DNA of 59,428 bases, counting the filler. It is 5 parts of 5 records of this genome, joined end to end, with 100 filler letters (N's around TTAATTAATTAA, not from the genome) between each part and the next. Parts side by side here need not be neighbours in the genome. Positions count along the whole stretch, not along the records: positions 1 to 20,788 come from SRR20825019_2435; 4 more parts are not named here. One strand, written 5' to 3'. Position 1 is the stretch's first letter, and each line of letters opens with the position of its first letter. The position numbers and the translations under genes were made by a program. The notes under the pieces were generated by a model. That model did no database searches. It was not told the origin of the DNA and saw only the letters and a list, made by a program, of their open reading frames with translations. Below are positions 1-10,632 of the stretch, in pieces.

Positions 1-250
1 CAACGTTTGGGTAAATGATCCGATGATGGTTGGCAACATTTTAGTGAGTGTTTACGAATCTCAAAGTGGACATCCAATGTCAAGAGCGAATTTAAAATTA
101 ATAGACCTTCAATCTGCTGGTTATTTGGCAGGAAACACTTTTTCTATTCCAATGGGGTTTTTAGATTCCTCGTTGAGTTATGAAATTAAGACACTGGTTC
201 AGAATTTTCAGATGGGCTATCTTCCTGAAATCACTATTAGTTACCCCTAA
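1..250 (+). CDS. Hypothetical protein, C-terminal fragment (5' truncated by window edge)
   Basis: Frame is open from position 2 to TAA at 248-250, 12 bp before the next gene. Confidence 0.55.
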   Translation, partial: NVWVNDPMMVGNILVSVYESQSGHPMSRANLKLIDLQSAGYLAGNTFSIPMGFLDSSLSYEIKTLVQNFQMGYLPEITISYP

Positions 251-262
251 CAGATATTCACT

Positions 263-1984
263 ATGAATCAACTTCTATCCGTATTTGGCGGCATATTGTT
301 TGTTGTTGCTTCCGTTTGTTTCCAATTTGCTCAAGCTCAAGCGACAACCGTTTCCATTTATGCTTCTCATGATGCACAAATTTCTTCAAAATATCCTACT
401 AATAATTATAGCGAAGGTACAGTACTGAATGTTAATTTTTCTTCTTTAAATGGGATTCATCGTTCGGCCATTAATTTTGACCTGAGTTCTATCCCTACTG
501 ATGCTCAGGTTTCTTCCGCCAAGATTTATTTCTTGCCAAACGACGCTTCATTTCCCAATGGAACATATTATGATCAAGTGCTTGAACGAATTGACGGTGA
601 ATGGATTGAATCGGAGATCACTTTTTCAAATGCACCACCTCTCTCTGAAGGAGGGATTGATGTATCAATCGGTACTGGAGGATGGAGAACATTTGATGTT
701 ACAAATGATGTGAGAAACATGATCGCTGAAACGTACCCTAGTAATGGTTGGATGTGTAGATTAGCCAACGAAGTGGAACCTAGTGGATATCAATATTATT
801 CAACCGAAAATGGAGACACGTCTAAAAAACCATATTTATCGGTAAGTTACTTTATGCCAATTGAAATTGGTTCTGCAAGTATTACCCATGCTTCCAATGT
901 TTCTTCAACAAATGGAGAAATTACACCATCAATAACTGGAGGATCTGGCAGTTTTACCTATGAGTGGATTAATGGAGCTACTGGAAGTCCAATTTCAACA
1001 AGCCTAACTCTTTCTGGAGTAGGTTACGGATGGTATGGATTGCATATAACGGATACCAATTCAACCTTTGAGAAATACATTGGATTCCTTATTGGGGTTG
1101 AATGCGGAACTGCAACGATTGACTTTAAGCCAGGGCCAGAGTATGTTGACGATGCCCTCTTATACAATCTGACTAAAAATGGTATTGTCAATGGTAACAA
1201 CAATTTTGGTTACGCTCAGATATATTCAAATGAAAACTGGTTTGACGAAGCTTGGTTTAATCTAAAGAATCTTCTAAAATTTAATCTTTGGTTAGACAGT
1301 GATGCGCAAGTCGATAAAGCAGACTTATACCTCTATGCCTTTGAGCATTATCCTAGAGACAGATCTAACATTAGTGAGTTGCGTTATGTGATTAATCCTT
1401 GGGAGGAAAACCTGGTAACCTATAATAATGCTCCAAGCTATAATTCATCTCCACTAAAAGTAATCCCCGAAACATCAGCTTCAACGGAAACAAGAGTGTT
1501 GGATATCTCTGATTTCTGGGACCTTTGGAAGTTAAACAATTCGGAGAATTATGGTATGATGATGCAACTTCAATCATATACCGATGTTCGTACTAGAATG
1601 AGGTTTCATTCTTCCGATGCGACAACTCCAGCTAACAGGCCTTGGATTCAGTTTGAGATAAACTTAGAACAACAAGATGTTTGTCAACATATTTATGCAA
1701 AGATTGAACGAAATCTCAGAGGTGTAAAATATGATGTTTATGATAGTAAGCTTTATTTCTATTATGATAATGAATATGAAAATCAAGAAACTAATTTAAC
1801 GTATAAAATATTCAGTTCAACGGATCGTGTTTCACCTGTTCAAAATGGAACACAAAGCCCCGCAAATTTGAAATATGGAGATAATCGCTATCAGCTTGAC
1901 GTTAGTAGTCTATCCGCTGGAAGTTATGTTCTGGAGGTAGAGAATGATAAAAAAGAGAAGTTTTACTTGAGATTTATTAAATAA
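263..1984 (+). CDS. Secreted protein with two DNRLRE-like domains, an SprB-like linker and a T9SS-type C-terminal sorting domain
   Basis: Signal peptide; two copies of the DA.i...N..NY/FG...FDLS...W.E..ITY/F.N.P...G...SSE/D....P.L pattern; C-terminus LDVSSLSAGSYVLEV...F. Confidence 0.7.
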   Translation: MNQLLSVFGGILFVVASVCFQFAQAQATTVSIYASHDAQISSKYPTNNYSEGTVLNVNFSSLNGIHRSAINFDLSSIPTDAQVSSAKIYFLPNDASFPNGTYYDQVLERIDGEWIESEITFSNAPPLSEGGIDVSIGTGGWRTFDVTNDVRNMIAETYPSNGWMCRLANEVEPSGYQYYSTENGDTSKKPYLSVSYFMPIEIGSASITHASNVSSTNGEITPSITGGSGSFTYEWINGATGSPISTSLTLSGVGYGWYGLHITDTNSTFEKYIGFLIGVECGTATIDFKPGPEYVDDALLYNLTKNGIVNGNNNFGYAQIYSNENWFDEAWFNLKNLLKFNLWLDSDAQVDKADLYLYAFEHYPRDRSNISELRYVINPWEENLVTYNNAPSYNSSPLKVIPETSASTETRVLDISDFWDLWKLNNSENYGMMMQLQSYTDVRTRMRFHSSDATTPANRPWIQFEINLEQQDVCQHIYAKIERNLRGVKYDVYDSKLYFYYDNEYENQETNLTYKIFSSTDRVSPVQNGTQSPANLKYGDNRYQLDVSSLSAGSYVLEVENDKKEKFYLRFIK

Positions 1985-2469
1985 TGAAAGGCAAAATAAA
2001 CATTGCAGTCGGTTTATTGTCCATACTTGTTCTCTTGTCGTGCAACGATCAGGAATCTACAAAGAATGTATTCATGGACAATGTGAAAGTATTTGAGGGG
2101 TTTGAGATGAAGAAAGATTATGATCGAAAGATGGATGGCTCGTTGTCTAAAGAAATTAAGGCAATGGATTCTTTAGAGGTTTCAATAAATAGCTTGTACC
2201 AATTGGGTGATTCAATGAATGTGCTGAGATTAAAAAAGGATTATTACTTAATTCAGCAGCAATATGAAGCTAAGTTTGAATCATTGTCTACCCAGTACAC
2301 AACAGAAGTAAATGATAGATTGAACGAATACATTGAGCAATTTGCAAAGGCGAAGAGCTACGACATTATTTTAGGTTCCGGAGGACAGGGAAATGTTATG
2401 TATGTTAAGGATGAACTAGACATTACAGATGAACTAATCACATTTATTAATCAGAAATACGTTAAATGA
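1984..2469 (+). CDS. OmpH/Skp-family lipoprotein
   Basis: Lipobox LLSC; FMDNVKVF start, coiled-coil middle, and YDIILG...MYV..ELDITDELI end typical of OmpH. Confidence 0.75.
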   Translation: MKGKINIAVGLLSILVLLSCNDQESTKNVFMDNVKVFEGFEMKKDYDRKMDGSLSKEIKAMDSLEVSINSLYQLGDSMNVLRLKKDYYLIQQQYEAKFESLSTQYTTEVNDRLNEYIEQFAKAKSYDIILGSGGQGNVMYVKDELDITDELITFINQKYVK

Positions 2470-3074
2470 TTCGTGGCTCCTATACGATGATTTTAATCTG
2501 TGCGGTCTTTCTGGGCTGTTCAGAATCTGAACAAAATTCTGATACTATCGGTTATGGTTACAAGCCTGATGACAATTCTTCAGGGAATGTTAAGACCGAT
2601 TTTACGAAGGACAAAATAGCTGGGTCTCAAAAAAAGATAATTGGAGGGTATTCATTCGGTTGTAAAGAAGTCACAGCCATTGATTACTTGACCAGAATAG
2701 GGAAAACACCTTCTTTGGAGGATCAAAGTGATCTTGAAAAGGAGAGTGTTGTTATGCTTGAAATAGAGGCTAAAAAAGGAGAGCTTGATATTTTTGAAAG
2801 CAAAGGTTTAAAAATGAGTCCTGATGATGTTACTCAATATCTTTTGGGGGAAATAATGGAGGATTTTTTGATTCTTCAAGGAACAAAAACAATCCGTGCT
2901 CAAGGTGTTTCGTGCGAAGGGAAAATAGGCTCGGGAAATAAACTGAGAGTAACTTTTTTTGTGTCAGATTTGGACTTATCAAAGAGCTATACCATTGAAT
3001 ACTATGATCGAATTTTTGGAAAGGGATTGATCAAAATGAAAAACACACACAACGAATTAATCAGTAAACTATGA
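2466..3074 (+). CDS. Hypothetical lipoprotein
   Basis: Lipobox FLGC; ATGA overlaps with both neighbours. Confidence 0.7.
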   Translation: MIRGSYTMILICAVFLGCSESEQNSDTIGYGYKPDDNSSGNVKTDFTKDKIAGSQKKIIGGYSFGCKEVTAIDYLTRIGKTPSLEDQSDLEKESVVMLEIEAKKGELDIFESKGLKMSPDDVTQYLLGEIMEDFLILQGTKTIRAQGVSCEGKIGSGNKLRVTFFVSDLDLSKSYTIEYYDRIFGKGLIKMKNTHNELISKL

Positions 3075-6000
3075 TTCGGAAAATTAGGAATACACGAACG
3101 TTTAAAGGTCTTAGCCTGACGCTCGCACTGAGTATCTTTTTTCAAATTATTGCTCCTACAATGTCTTGGGCATTAACGGGTGGACCCGCACAACCAGAAT
3201 TTAGCTCTTTCACCCCTATTGGAACTTCTGATATGGTGGATTTATCTTCTGGAGATATGAGTTACAATATTCCGTTGATGGACGTTGGAGGATACCCTAT
3301 CAACATAGCTTATCAGGCTGGAATAGGAATGGATGACGAAGCTTCTTGGGTTGGACTTGGATGGAATTTATCAGTGGGGCAAATCAATCACAACGTTCGG
3401 GGGATTTCAGATGATTTCAATGGCGATGAAATCCAATATGAAAATTACATGAAACCAAACTTAACCGTTGGAGCGAATATTAAAGTAGAATCTGCTGCGT
3501 TTGGAGTTCCAATTGACCTTGGAGTTGCAACATCGGTGGATACTGCAGGTAAGTCTACAGACGATAATGTGAACTTTGGACTATCTTTTACTTACAATAG
3601 CTACAATGGTTTTACGGTTAAACGTAGCGTAGGTGTCACTACTGATTTGAGTCAAAATGTGAGTGTTGGCTTCAATGCTGAAAGTGGGCCTGACGGTCTG
3701 ACATTAAGTCCAAATGTATCTTTGCATTCAAAGGATAAAGCATCTAAAAGACGGAATAATGATAGATCCGCCAACTTTGGTGTGTCAATGAATTCTCGTC
3801 AAGGTCTGGTTTCGACAAGTTTGAGTGTAAGAGGAAAAAAACAGGCTGATAAATTACGAGATAATGGAAAGAGATACGCTGGACACTCTCCTTCACTGGG
3901 GTCTTCCATAGGTTTTACGGATCAATTATATACCCCAGCTAATCGGGTAGGAATGATGACTCAAACCCTTACTTTTAACGGAGCATTTCTTGGAGGTGAA
4001 TTTCTAGGAATCGAAGGACAAACTCAAATAGGTGCTTATGCCACGCTTATGACCGTAGCTAAAAAAGAGCAAGATAAAAAAGCGCCTAGCTACGGATATA
4101 ATAATACACACAATGCAGGGATAGATGGAATTCTAGATTTTAACCGCGAAAAAGATGGTGCGGTAAGTCAGAACACGACTAATTTACCCATTACAAATTA
4201 CACGTATGATATCCACTCTGTGCAAGGTCAAGGAGTTTCAGGGATGTACAGAGCATTTAGAAGCCAAGTTGGATACGTTTATGATGCGCGTGTAGTAGAT
4301 GTTTCTGCGACTGGATCTCTAGGATTGGAACAAACGGGAGGAAATCTTGTACATACTGGAGTTGATTTTGAAGGAACGGGTGTGGTGAGTTATTCAGGGA
4401 AATGGCAAAAAAACAATAATATTCTCCCATGGATGAATTCTGATGCGGTAAATGAAAATCCTGATTACGAGAAAGTGAGTTACAAGAATGTTGGAGATCT
4501 AAGTTCAGATCGTGATTTTCCTAGTATGTTCTATCCAAAACAAGGCGATTATCAACCGACTCGGGTAGGTTTTACAAGCTCAAAACCTATTAATTTTAAT
4601 CGCTCGGCACAAAGCGGATTCAAGAAGAAGATCAACGGAGAAGGTAATGAAGATTATATGCCTGTTATTGGGGCTATTCATCGGGAAAATCGCCAATTAA
4701 GAAACCAGGCAATTGTTAACTTATCAATTAAGGAATTGCTTGCAGGAATCGGATATGGTCCATGTGTAAATCGCGGTGTTGCTGCTGAGTATACTCTTCC
4801 AACCCAAGCTAAAACGCATCATATTGGAGAAGTGCAAATTATAAGAAACGATGGAGCGCGGTATATTTATGGAATCCCCGCCTATAATACTACGAAGAGA
4901 GAGGCTACTTTTTCCGTAGCAGCGAATGGGAATTGTACAACGGGTATCGTAGACTATAATTCTACTCTGTTAAACAACCCCAAAGCACTGCCCAATGATC
5001 AATTTTTAGAACGAATCACAACACCGGGTTACGCTCACGCGCACCTTCTTACTTCAATTCTTTCCACTGATTACGTGGATAGAACAAATAATGGGCCTTC
5101 AACTGATGATTTTGGTTCGTACACCAAGTTCAGCTATAAAAAATACTCAGAACTAAGCGGAAATTCTGTCTACAACTGGCGAGTTCCTTATGAAGGCGCA
5201 ACATATAATGAAGGTTTAAAGAGTGACGATCAGGATGATAGAGGGAATTATGTCTATGGTGAAAAAGAGATTTTGCTCATAAACATGATCTCCACAAAAA
5301 CGCACATTGCTACTTTTCACTACTCCCCACGAAAAGATGCTCACGGAGTAAATGGAGAAGCAGGAGGGTACAGCGCGAGTATGGTTTCTTACAAATTGGA
5401 TAAAGTAAAGTTGTATTCTATTGAAGAGTTTTATGATAAAGACAATAATGGGAATCAAATTTTGGCTCTCAATCCTACTCCAATAAAAACGGTACATTTT
5501 GAGTATGATTATTCCCTTTGTACTGGTGTTCCGAATAATGAAGTAGTGGGAGCGAGCGTTGCTGTTTCACCAGAAAATCAAGGTGGAAAATTAACTCTTA
5601 AACGACTCTATTTTACTTATAGAAACTCTAAAATGGGTCAATACACTGATTATAAGTTTGAGTATAATGGTCTCAACCCTCAATACAATATTAAGGGATA
5701 TGATTATTGGGGGAATTACAAACCAAACTCAAATGGTTGTTCAAATACTGATCTAGTTAACGCAAGTGAATATCCATTCACAGAGCAAGACAAAACAACG
5801 CAAGATGCATATTCCTCGGCTTGGAGTTTGACGGATATTCATTTACCTTCAGGAGGTAAGATTTCAGTCACTTATGAATCAGATGATTACGGTCATGTTC
5901 AGGATAAGAAAACCATGCGCATGTTTAAAGTGGTTGGTGCTGGTGATGACAGGAACCCAGATGGAGACATTGACCCACAGCTTAATTCGGAAGAGCTTTT

Positions 6001-8800
6001 CGGTAATCAACTAATTAATGGTCCAAAACGCTATTTATATGTCCAAGTAGATGATGATGCTGGTCTGACAGCGGGAGACTACATAAAAACGCTCAAAGAG
6101 AATCCCATTTATTTCCGTTTTCTGATGAACATGACTCCATTAGGAAATAGCGAAAATCAACTTAATCAAGGGAAATATGATTATGTGACAGGTTATTTAG
6201 AATATGAGGAAGTTAATAGCTCCAATGGTTATAATGGTCCTGAATTTTTAACAACAATCGGTACTGGATCTCAAGCCATGAAGGTACTGAGTATTCCAAT
6301 CCGCGTTGTGGATAAAGAAGGAGGTCTTCTTGGGAGTGCAGGATTAACCAATAAAGTACATCCCATTTCTAAGGCAACTTGGCATTTTGGGCGAAAGTAT
6401 CTGAATAAGCATGTTTATAGTAATTTACCCAATGGAGATATCAGTACACCCAGCAATCCAGTTATAGGACAGGTAGGTCAATTAGTCGTCGACCTTCTCA
6501 ATCCACAGACAATTAATAACATGTTGGAAATCTTTACTGGTCCAAATGCTACTTTGGAGAACAAAAATATAGGAAGACGATTTATCAAAGAGAAGTCGTG
6601 GGTTCGACTCGATAATCCTAGGTCTTATAAGCTTGGAGGTGGATGCCGAGTAGCAACAGTTAAAATGAGTGACGTTTGGGAGGAAATGACGACAGGTCAG
6701 GGGAATTACCAAACAATGAACTACGGACAACGCTACAATTACACATTGGCAGATAATAGTACGACAAGCGGAGTTGCGACTTATGAGCCCGTTGGGAATA
6801 AAGAAAATCCGTTTGTACAACCTGTTTTTTCTGAGGAGAAGAAATTACTTGCTCCAGATGAGGAAAATTTTGTGGAAATGCCCTTTGGTGAATCTTTCTT
6901 TCCGTCACCACAAGTCACATATTCCAGAGTAACTGTATCAAATCTTTTAGCGGGAGACACCCCGCCATCAGGAGCTGGTTTTAGTACTCCACAAGTGAAA
7001 AAACTACACAGGACAGGGAAAGTTGTAAGTGAGTTTTATACGTCCAAAGATTATCCAACGATTGTTGATCAAACAATCATGGAGGCGCGAGAAGATAAAT
7101 TGGATGCACTTGCCAATATCCTTAAAATAAACGTGAAAAGGCATTTTACGGCCACTCAAGGATATGTTGTTCATCTAAATGATATGAACGGAAAACAAAA
7201 GGCACAATGGGTGTATGCTGAAGGGCAAAGTGCACCTATCTCTGGGGTTGAATATAAGTACGATAACGATGCTACACCGGGTCAGTTTAATGCGGCAAAT
7301 CCACCAGTTAGAAATAAAGGACGACTCCTAAATGAAGTGGTTGTTATTCGACCGGATGGAAGCGTAGGAAAGGGAACAATAGGTGTGGAAGTAGACATGG
7401 TGAATGATTTCCGTGAAAACAAGACTATTTCCATAACGGCGGGGGTCAACATGAACTTGGCAACATTCTTTGTAGGTGTTGGGATATTGGCTGCGCCGAT
7501 ACCACTTCCCGATTTTAGTAATTCAGAGGATCAATTTAGGTCAGCGAGTACCACAAAAGTGATCAATACCTTTGGAATTTTGAAAGAAACAATTGCCCAT
7601 GATGCTGGAGCCTCAGTATCTACACGAAATTTAGCGTGGGATGAGAGAACAGGGGAAGTGCTTCTTACAGAAACGGTTGATGAATTCAGTGATCGTTATT
7701 ACACACTTAATTATCCTGCCCACTGGTATTACGATGGAATGGGACAAGCGGCTGAAAATATTGAGTATGAGTCTGCGACTTCTAATTTAGGCGGCGGGAA
7801 TTACAATGTTTCGAACGTTGGTTCTGCTTCGGCAGAAGCGTATTTACTGCCTGGAGATGAAGTCTATTTCAAGCCTCCCTCTGCTTCCGTTCCATCAATC
7901 TATGTGATGGGTTGGATTACTGAGGTAAACGGAAATACTATTTCGATTATTGATCAAGATGGAAATGCTCTATCTTCTGCTCCCTACAACCGAATCAAGG
8001 TAGTCCGTTCTGGAAAACGCAATTTGCAGTCAGCGGGAATTATGAATGTTACACTTATGCGTAACCCTTTGATTGATCCAAATACAGGGAATCTTGTGGC
8101 TTCACTATCTTCTAACTTCCTTATTGCGTCTCAGGGAGATTGGGAGCAGTGGCGAATCATTAACGCTGGGGCTGTTGATTACTCGGAAGAGTGGTTTGTA
8201 GGCTGTGAATGTGGAGTTACGGGATCTGGAATAACTAACCCTTATCGAATTAATGAGAAAGGAATTTGGAGAACCCGATCGTCAAGAACATATCTAACAG
8301 GAAGAAATAATGCGACACTCACCACTGCAAAGCAAGAGGGCTTCTTTATGAGTTTTGCACCAATGTATCGTAATCAAAACAATGCTTGGGCAAAGAATTT
8401 CACAGGATGGACCTACGTTGCCGAAGTTACACAGTTTAGTCCTTATGGATTCGAACTTGAAAATGTCGATGCGCTTAATCGTTATTCAGCGGCACAATAT
8501 GGCTACAATAACACTTTCCCTATGGCAGTTGGAGCAAATACACGTTATCAGGAAATTGGATTCGATGGATTTGAAGACTACAATTTTGATGGCTGCGAAT
8601 ATAGTGAGCACTTTAAATTTCCTGTGGGAAGTGATCCTGGAAAAGTATTGAAACCAACTTTAGGTGTTTCTCATACAGGTAAATATAGTATGAGAGTTGG
8701 ACCGAATACCCGTCGAACAATGGAAAAGAAATTGGATTGTGCACCACTTCCTGGAGGAGAGAATAGTGGAGAAAATCCCAATGGAGGGCAAAATCAATAA
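3071..8800 (+). CDS. Large secreted YD-repeat/TcB-like protein (1909 aa)
   Basis: N-terminal VDLSSGDMSYNIPL...Y.AGI...ASWVGLGWNL motif typical of Bacteroidota YD/RHS-associated and SpvB/TcB-like N-termini; YDYWGNY, L..I.LPSGG.I...YESD and GGG.RV motifs. Confidence 0.65.
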   Translation: MIRKIRNTRTFKGLSLTLALSIFFQIIAPTMSWALTGGPAQPEFSSFTPIGTSDMVDLSSGDMSYNIPLMDVGGYPINIAYQAGIGMDDEASWVGLGWNLSVGQINHNVRGISDDFNGDEIQYENYMKPNLTVGANIKVESAAFGVPIDLGVATSVDTAGKSTDDNVNFGLSFTYNSYNGFTVKRSVGVTTDLSQNVSVGFNAESGPDGLTLSPNVSLHSKDKASKRRNNDRSANFGVSMNSRQGLVSTSLSVRGKKQADKLRDNGKRYAGHSPSLGSSIGFTDQLYTPANRVGMMTQTLTFNGAFLGGEFLGIEGQTQIGAYATLMTVAKKEQDKKAPSYGYNNTHNAGIDGILDFNREKDGAVSQNTTNLPITNYTYDIHSVQGQGVSGMYRAFRSQVGYVYDARVVDVSATGSLGLEQTGGNLVHTGVDFEGTGVVSYSGKWQKNNNILPWMNSDAVNENPDYEKVSYKNVGDLSSDRDFPSMFYPKQGDYQPTRVGFTSSKPINFNRSAQSGFKKKINGEGNEDYMPVIGAIHRENRQLRNQAIVNLSIKELLAGIGYGPCVNRGVAAEYTLPTQAKTHHIGEVQIIRNDGARYIYGIPAYNTTKREATFSVAANGNCTTGIVDYNSTLLNNPKALPNDQFLERITTPGYAHAHLLTSILSTDYVDRTNNGPSTDDFGSYTKFSYKKYSELSGNSVYNWRVPYEGATYNEGLKSDDQDDRGNYVYGEKEILLINMISTKTHIATFHYSPRKDAHGVNGEAGGYSASMVSYKLDKVKLYSIEEFYDKDNNGNQILALNPTPIKTVHFEYDYSLCTGVPNNEVVGASVAVSPENQGGKLTLKRLYFTYRNSKMGQYTDYKFEYNGLNPQYNIKGYDYWGNYKPNSNGCSNTDLVNASEYPFTEQDKTTQDAYSSAWSLTDIHLPSGGKISVTYESDDYGHVQDKKTMRMFKVVGAGDDRNPDGDIDPQLNSEELFGNQLINGPKRYLYVQVDDDAGLTAGDYIKTLKENPIYFRFLMNMTPLGNSENQLNQGKYDYVTGYLEYEEVNSSNGYNGPEFLTTIGTGSQAMKVLSIPIRVVDKEGGLLGSAGLTNKVHPISKATWHFGRKYLNKHVYSNLPNGDISTPSNPVIGQVGQLVVDLLNPQTINNMLEIFTGPNATLENKNIGRRFIKEKSWVRLDNPRSYKLGGGCRVATVKMSDVWEEMTTGQGNYQTMNYGQRYNYTLADNSTTSGVATYEPVGNKENPFVQPVFSEEKKLLAPDEENFVEMPFGESFFPSPQVTYSRVTVSNLLAGDTPPSGAGFSTPQVKKLHRTGKVVSEFYTSKDYPTIVDQTIMEAREDKLDALANILKINVKRHFTATQGYVVHLNDMNGKQKAQWVYAEGQSAPISGVEYKYDNDATPGQFNAANPPVRNKGRLLNEVVVIRPDGSVGKGTIGVEVDMVNDFRENKTISITAGVNMNLATFFVGVGILAAPIPLPDFSNSEDQFRSASTTKVINTFGILKETIAHDAGASVSTRNLAWDERTGEVLLTETVDEFSDRYYTLNYPAHWYYDGMGQAAENIEYESATSNLGGGNYNVSNVGSASAEAYLLPGDEVYFKPPSASVPSIYVMGWITEVNGNTISIIDQDGNALSSAPYNRIKVVRSGKRNLQSAGIMNVTLMRNPLIDPNTGNLVASLSSNFLIASQGDWEQWRIINAGAVDYSEEWFVGCECGVTGSGITNPYRINEKGIWRTRSSRTYLTGRNNATLTTAKQEGFFMSFAPMYRNQNNAWAKNFTGWTYVAEVTQFSPYGFELENVDALNRYSAAQYGYNNTFPMAVGANTRYQEIGFDGFEDYNFDGCEYSEHFKFPVGSDPGKVLKPTLGVSHTGKYSMRVGPNTRRTMEKKLDCAPLPGGENSGENPNGGQNQ

Positions 8801-8818
8801 TTTAACTAACGTGGTCAG

Positions 8819-9928
8819 ATGAAAAATTGGAGTATACTAATAACGATGATTACATTGATTTCCTTTTACGGAAGATCATTTAATCCCTGTGATGGCTCTT
8901 TTGACTGCCAAACGGGTACATACACGTTTAACACGAACAACTCAAACTTAGTTAGTTTGACATGGAACTTTGGTGATGGCACAACACAAGCTGCGACTAT
9001 CACAGGAGGTCAGGATGACCCAGTTACGCATAATTTTCTAGTGTCTGGTAATTATTTGGTAATAGCCAATTACACCGATACAAATGGTCGCGTATCTGCC
9101 GATACTTGTATATATCAGTATTACTATGGAGTAGATCATTTCGGGCCTGTTTCCTTTAGTTATTCTGTCGATCCAAATGGGCTTTATACCTTTGTTTACA
9201 CAGGTGCGAGTTTTACATCTGTAAGTGGATTCAATCATAATTTAACGTTAAATTTTGGTGATGGATCATCTAACTTCACACTATCGAATACGTCTATTAG
9301 TAATGGTGCGACGATAACAACGCATACTTATCTTGGAGTATCTTCTGCACTGAATGTTACTTTAACACATAGCGTTATTTTCAATGTTGACGATCAGTAT
9401 TCTTGCTCGTATGTAGTTGAAATCCCAATATCATTCGTTCCAGATCCCTGTTGTTCGAACTTTGCACCTATTCCGACAGAACGATATTGGATCAGTGCAT
9501 GGGTGAGAGAGGATCATGTTTCTCAGGTTAAAAACTATACTAATACAAAGATTGAGGTAGAGTTTATCGGCGGACCGCCTTCCTTTGTAAACTTCACTCC
9601 AACGGGTAATATTATTGATGGTTGGCAGCGCATAGTTGGCGATTTTGTTGTTCCATCTGGATCAACTGATTTAAGGCTTCATCTAGTGAATGAGAGCACA
9701 ACAATTCAAGCTTTTTTTGATGATGTAAGAGTTCATCCGTTCAATGCGAGCATGAAGTCGTATGTCTACGATCCAGAAACTTTATGGTTGACGGCAGAGT
9801 TAGATGATAATAATTATGCGACATTCTATGAGTATGATAAAGAAGGACAATTAATCCGAATAAAGAAAGAAACGGCGCGCGGAATAATGACCATTCAAGA
9901 ATCTCGATCAAGTAATCCTAAGAATTAA
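8819..9928 (+). CDS. PKD-domain protein with C-terminal YD-protein tail
   Basis: WNFGDG and LNFGDG PKD motifs; C-terminal DDVRVHP.NA.MKSYVYDP...D.NN.ATFYEYD..GQL. Confidence 0.7.
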   Translation: MKNWSILITMITLISFYGRSFNPCDGSFDCQTGTYTFNTNNSNLVSLTWNFGDGTTQAATITGGQDDPVTHNFLVSGNYLVIANYTDTNGRVSADTCIYQYYYGVDHFGPVSFSYSVDPNGLYTFVYTGASFTSVSGFNHNLTLNFGDGSSNFTLSNTSISNGATITTHTYLGVSSALNVTLTHSVIFNVDDQYSCSYVVEIPISFVPDPCCSNFAPIPTERYWISAWVREDHVSQVKNYTNTKIEVEFIGGPPSFVNFTPTGNIIDGWQRIVGDFVVPSGSTDLRLHLVNESTTIQAFFDDVRVHPFNASMKSYVYDPETLWLTAELDDNNYATFYEYDKEGQLIRIKKETARGIMTIQESRSSNPKN

Positions 9929-9930
9929 TC

Positions 9931-10623
9931 ATGAGAAGCATTTTATTCATATTTCTTTTTGCTAGTTGTTCTTTACGGGCGGCTGATTTGAAAACAGTTC
10001 TTCAAAAAGTGCAAGAAGTTTATGCTGAGAAAAGCATGAGTTATTCGACAAGCTATTCTCTTTTCAAGGGACATAAGAGCACTACTGTTCATTCATCTTA
10101 TCAGGGAGAGGTATATTCTTACGACAAATTACTCTATCAGAAAATAGGTCCAAGTGAATTTATTTATGGTGACAATTATTTTTTGCATATCAGTCATGAC
10201 GAAAAAGCTGTTGCAATCGCTCCAGCTCAAAAGGCAATGCAACAACAGGTCGATTTGAGTCAAGTACTCAAGGAATGTAAGAGTTCAGAGTTGATAGATC
10301 AAGGAACGTATTACAAACTTGTATTTACCATGAAGCCAACTAGCGGGATTCCTTGTTCGGTAATCATGATGCGGGTAAACAAGACTAACTACACATTACA
10401 ACAGATGGATTTATTTTATTCCTACTTCGAAGATTATTCGGAAGTATTTGGAAAGCGTGAGATGCATCAGCCGCATTTAAGAATCGAGTTTAGAGACATG
10501 AATTTATCACCAAAGGAGCGAAAAACACTTTTCATTCTTTCGACATATTTGAAACAAACGAATTCACTTATAACACCGATTGGGATATGTTCGGGTTATG
10601 AGTTCATTGATCAACGGATTTAA
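9931..10623 (+). CDS. LolA-like secreted hypothetical protein
   Basis: Signal peptide, N-terminal helix followed by beta-strand pattern resembling the LolA fold; about 230 aa. Confidence 0.5.
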   Translation: MRSILFIFLFASCSLRAADLKTVLQKVQEVYAEKSMSYSTSYSLFKGHKSTTVHSSYQGEVYSYDKLLYQKIGPSEFIYGDNYFLHISHDEKAVAIAPAQKAMQQQVDLSQVLKECKSSELIDQGTYYKLVFTMKPTSGIPCSVIMMRVNKTNYTLQQMDLFYSYFEDYSEVFGKREMHQPHLRIEFRDMNLSPKERKTLFILSTYLKQTNSLITPIGICSGYEFIDQRI

Positions 10624-10632
10624 AGAAATACT

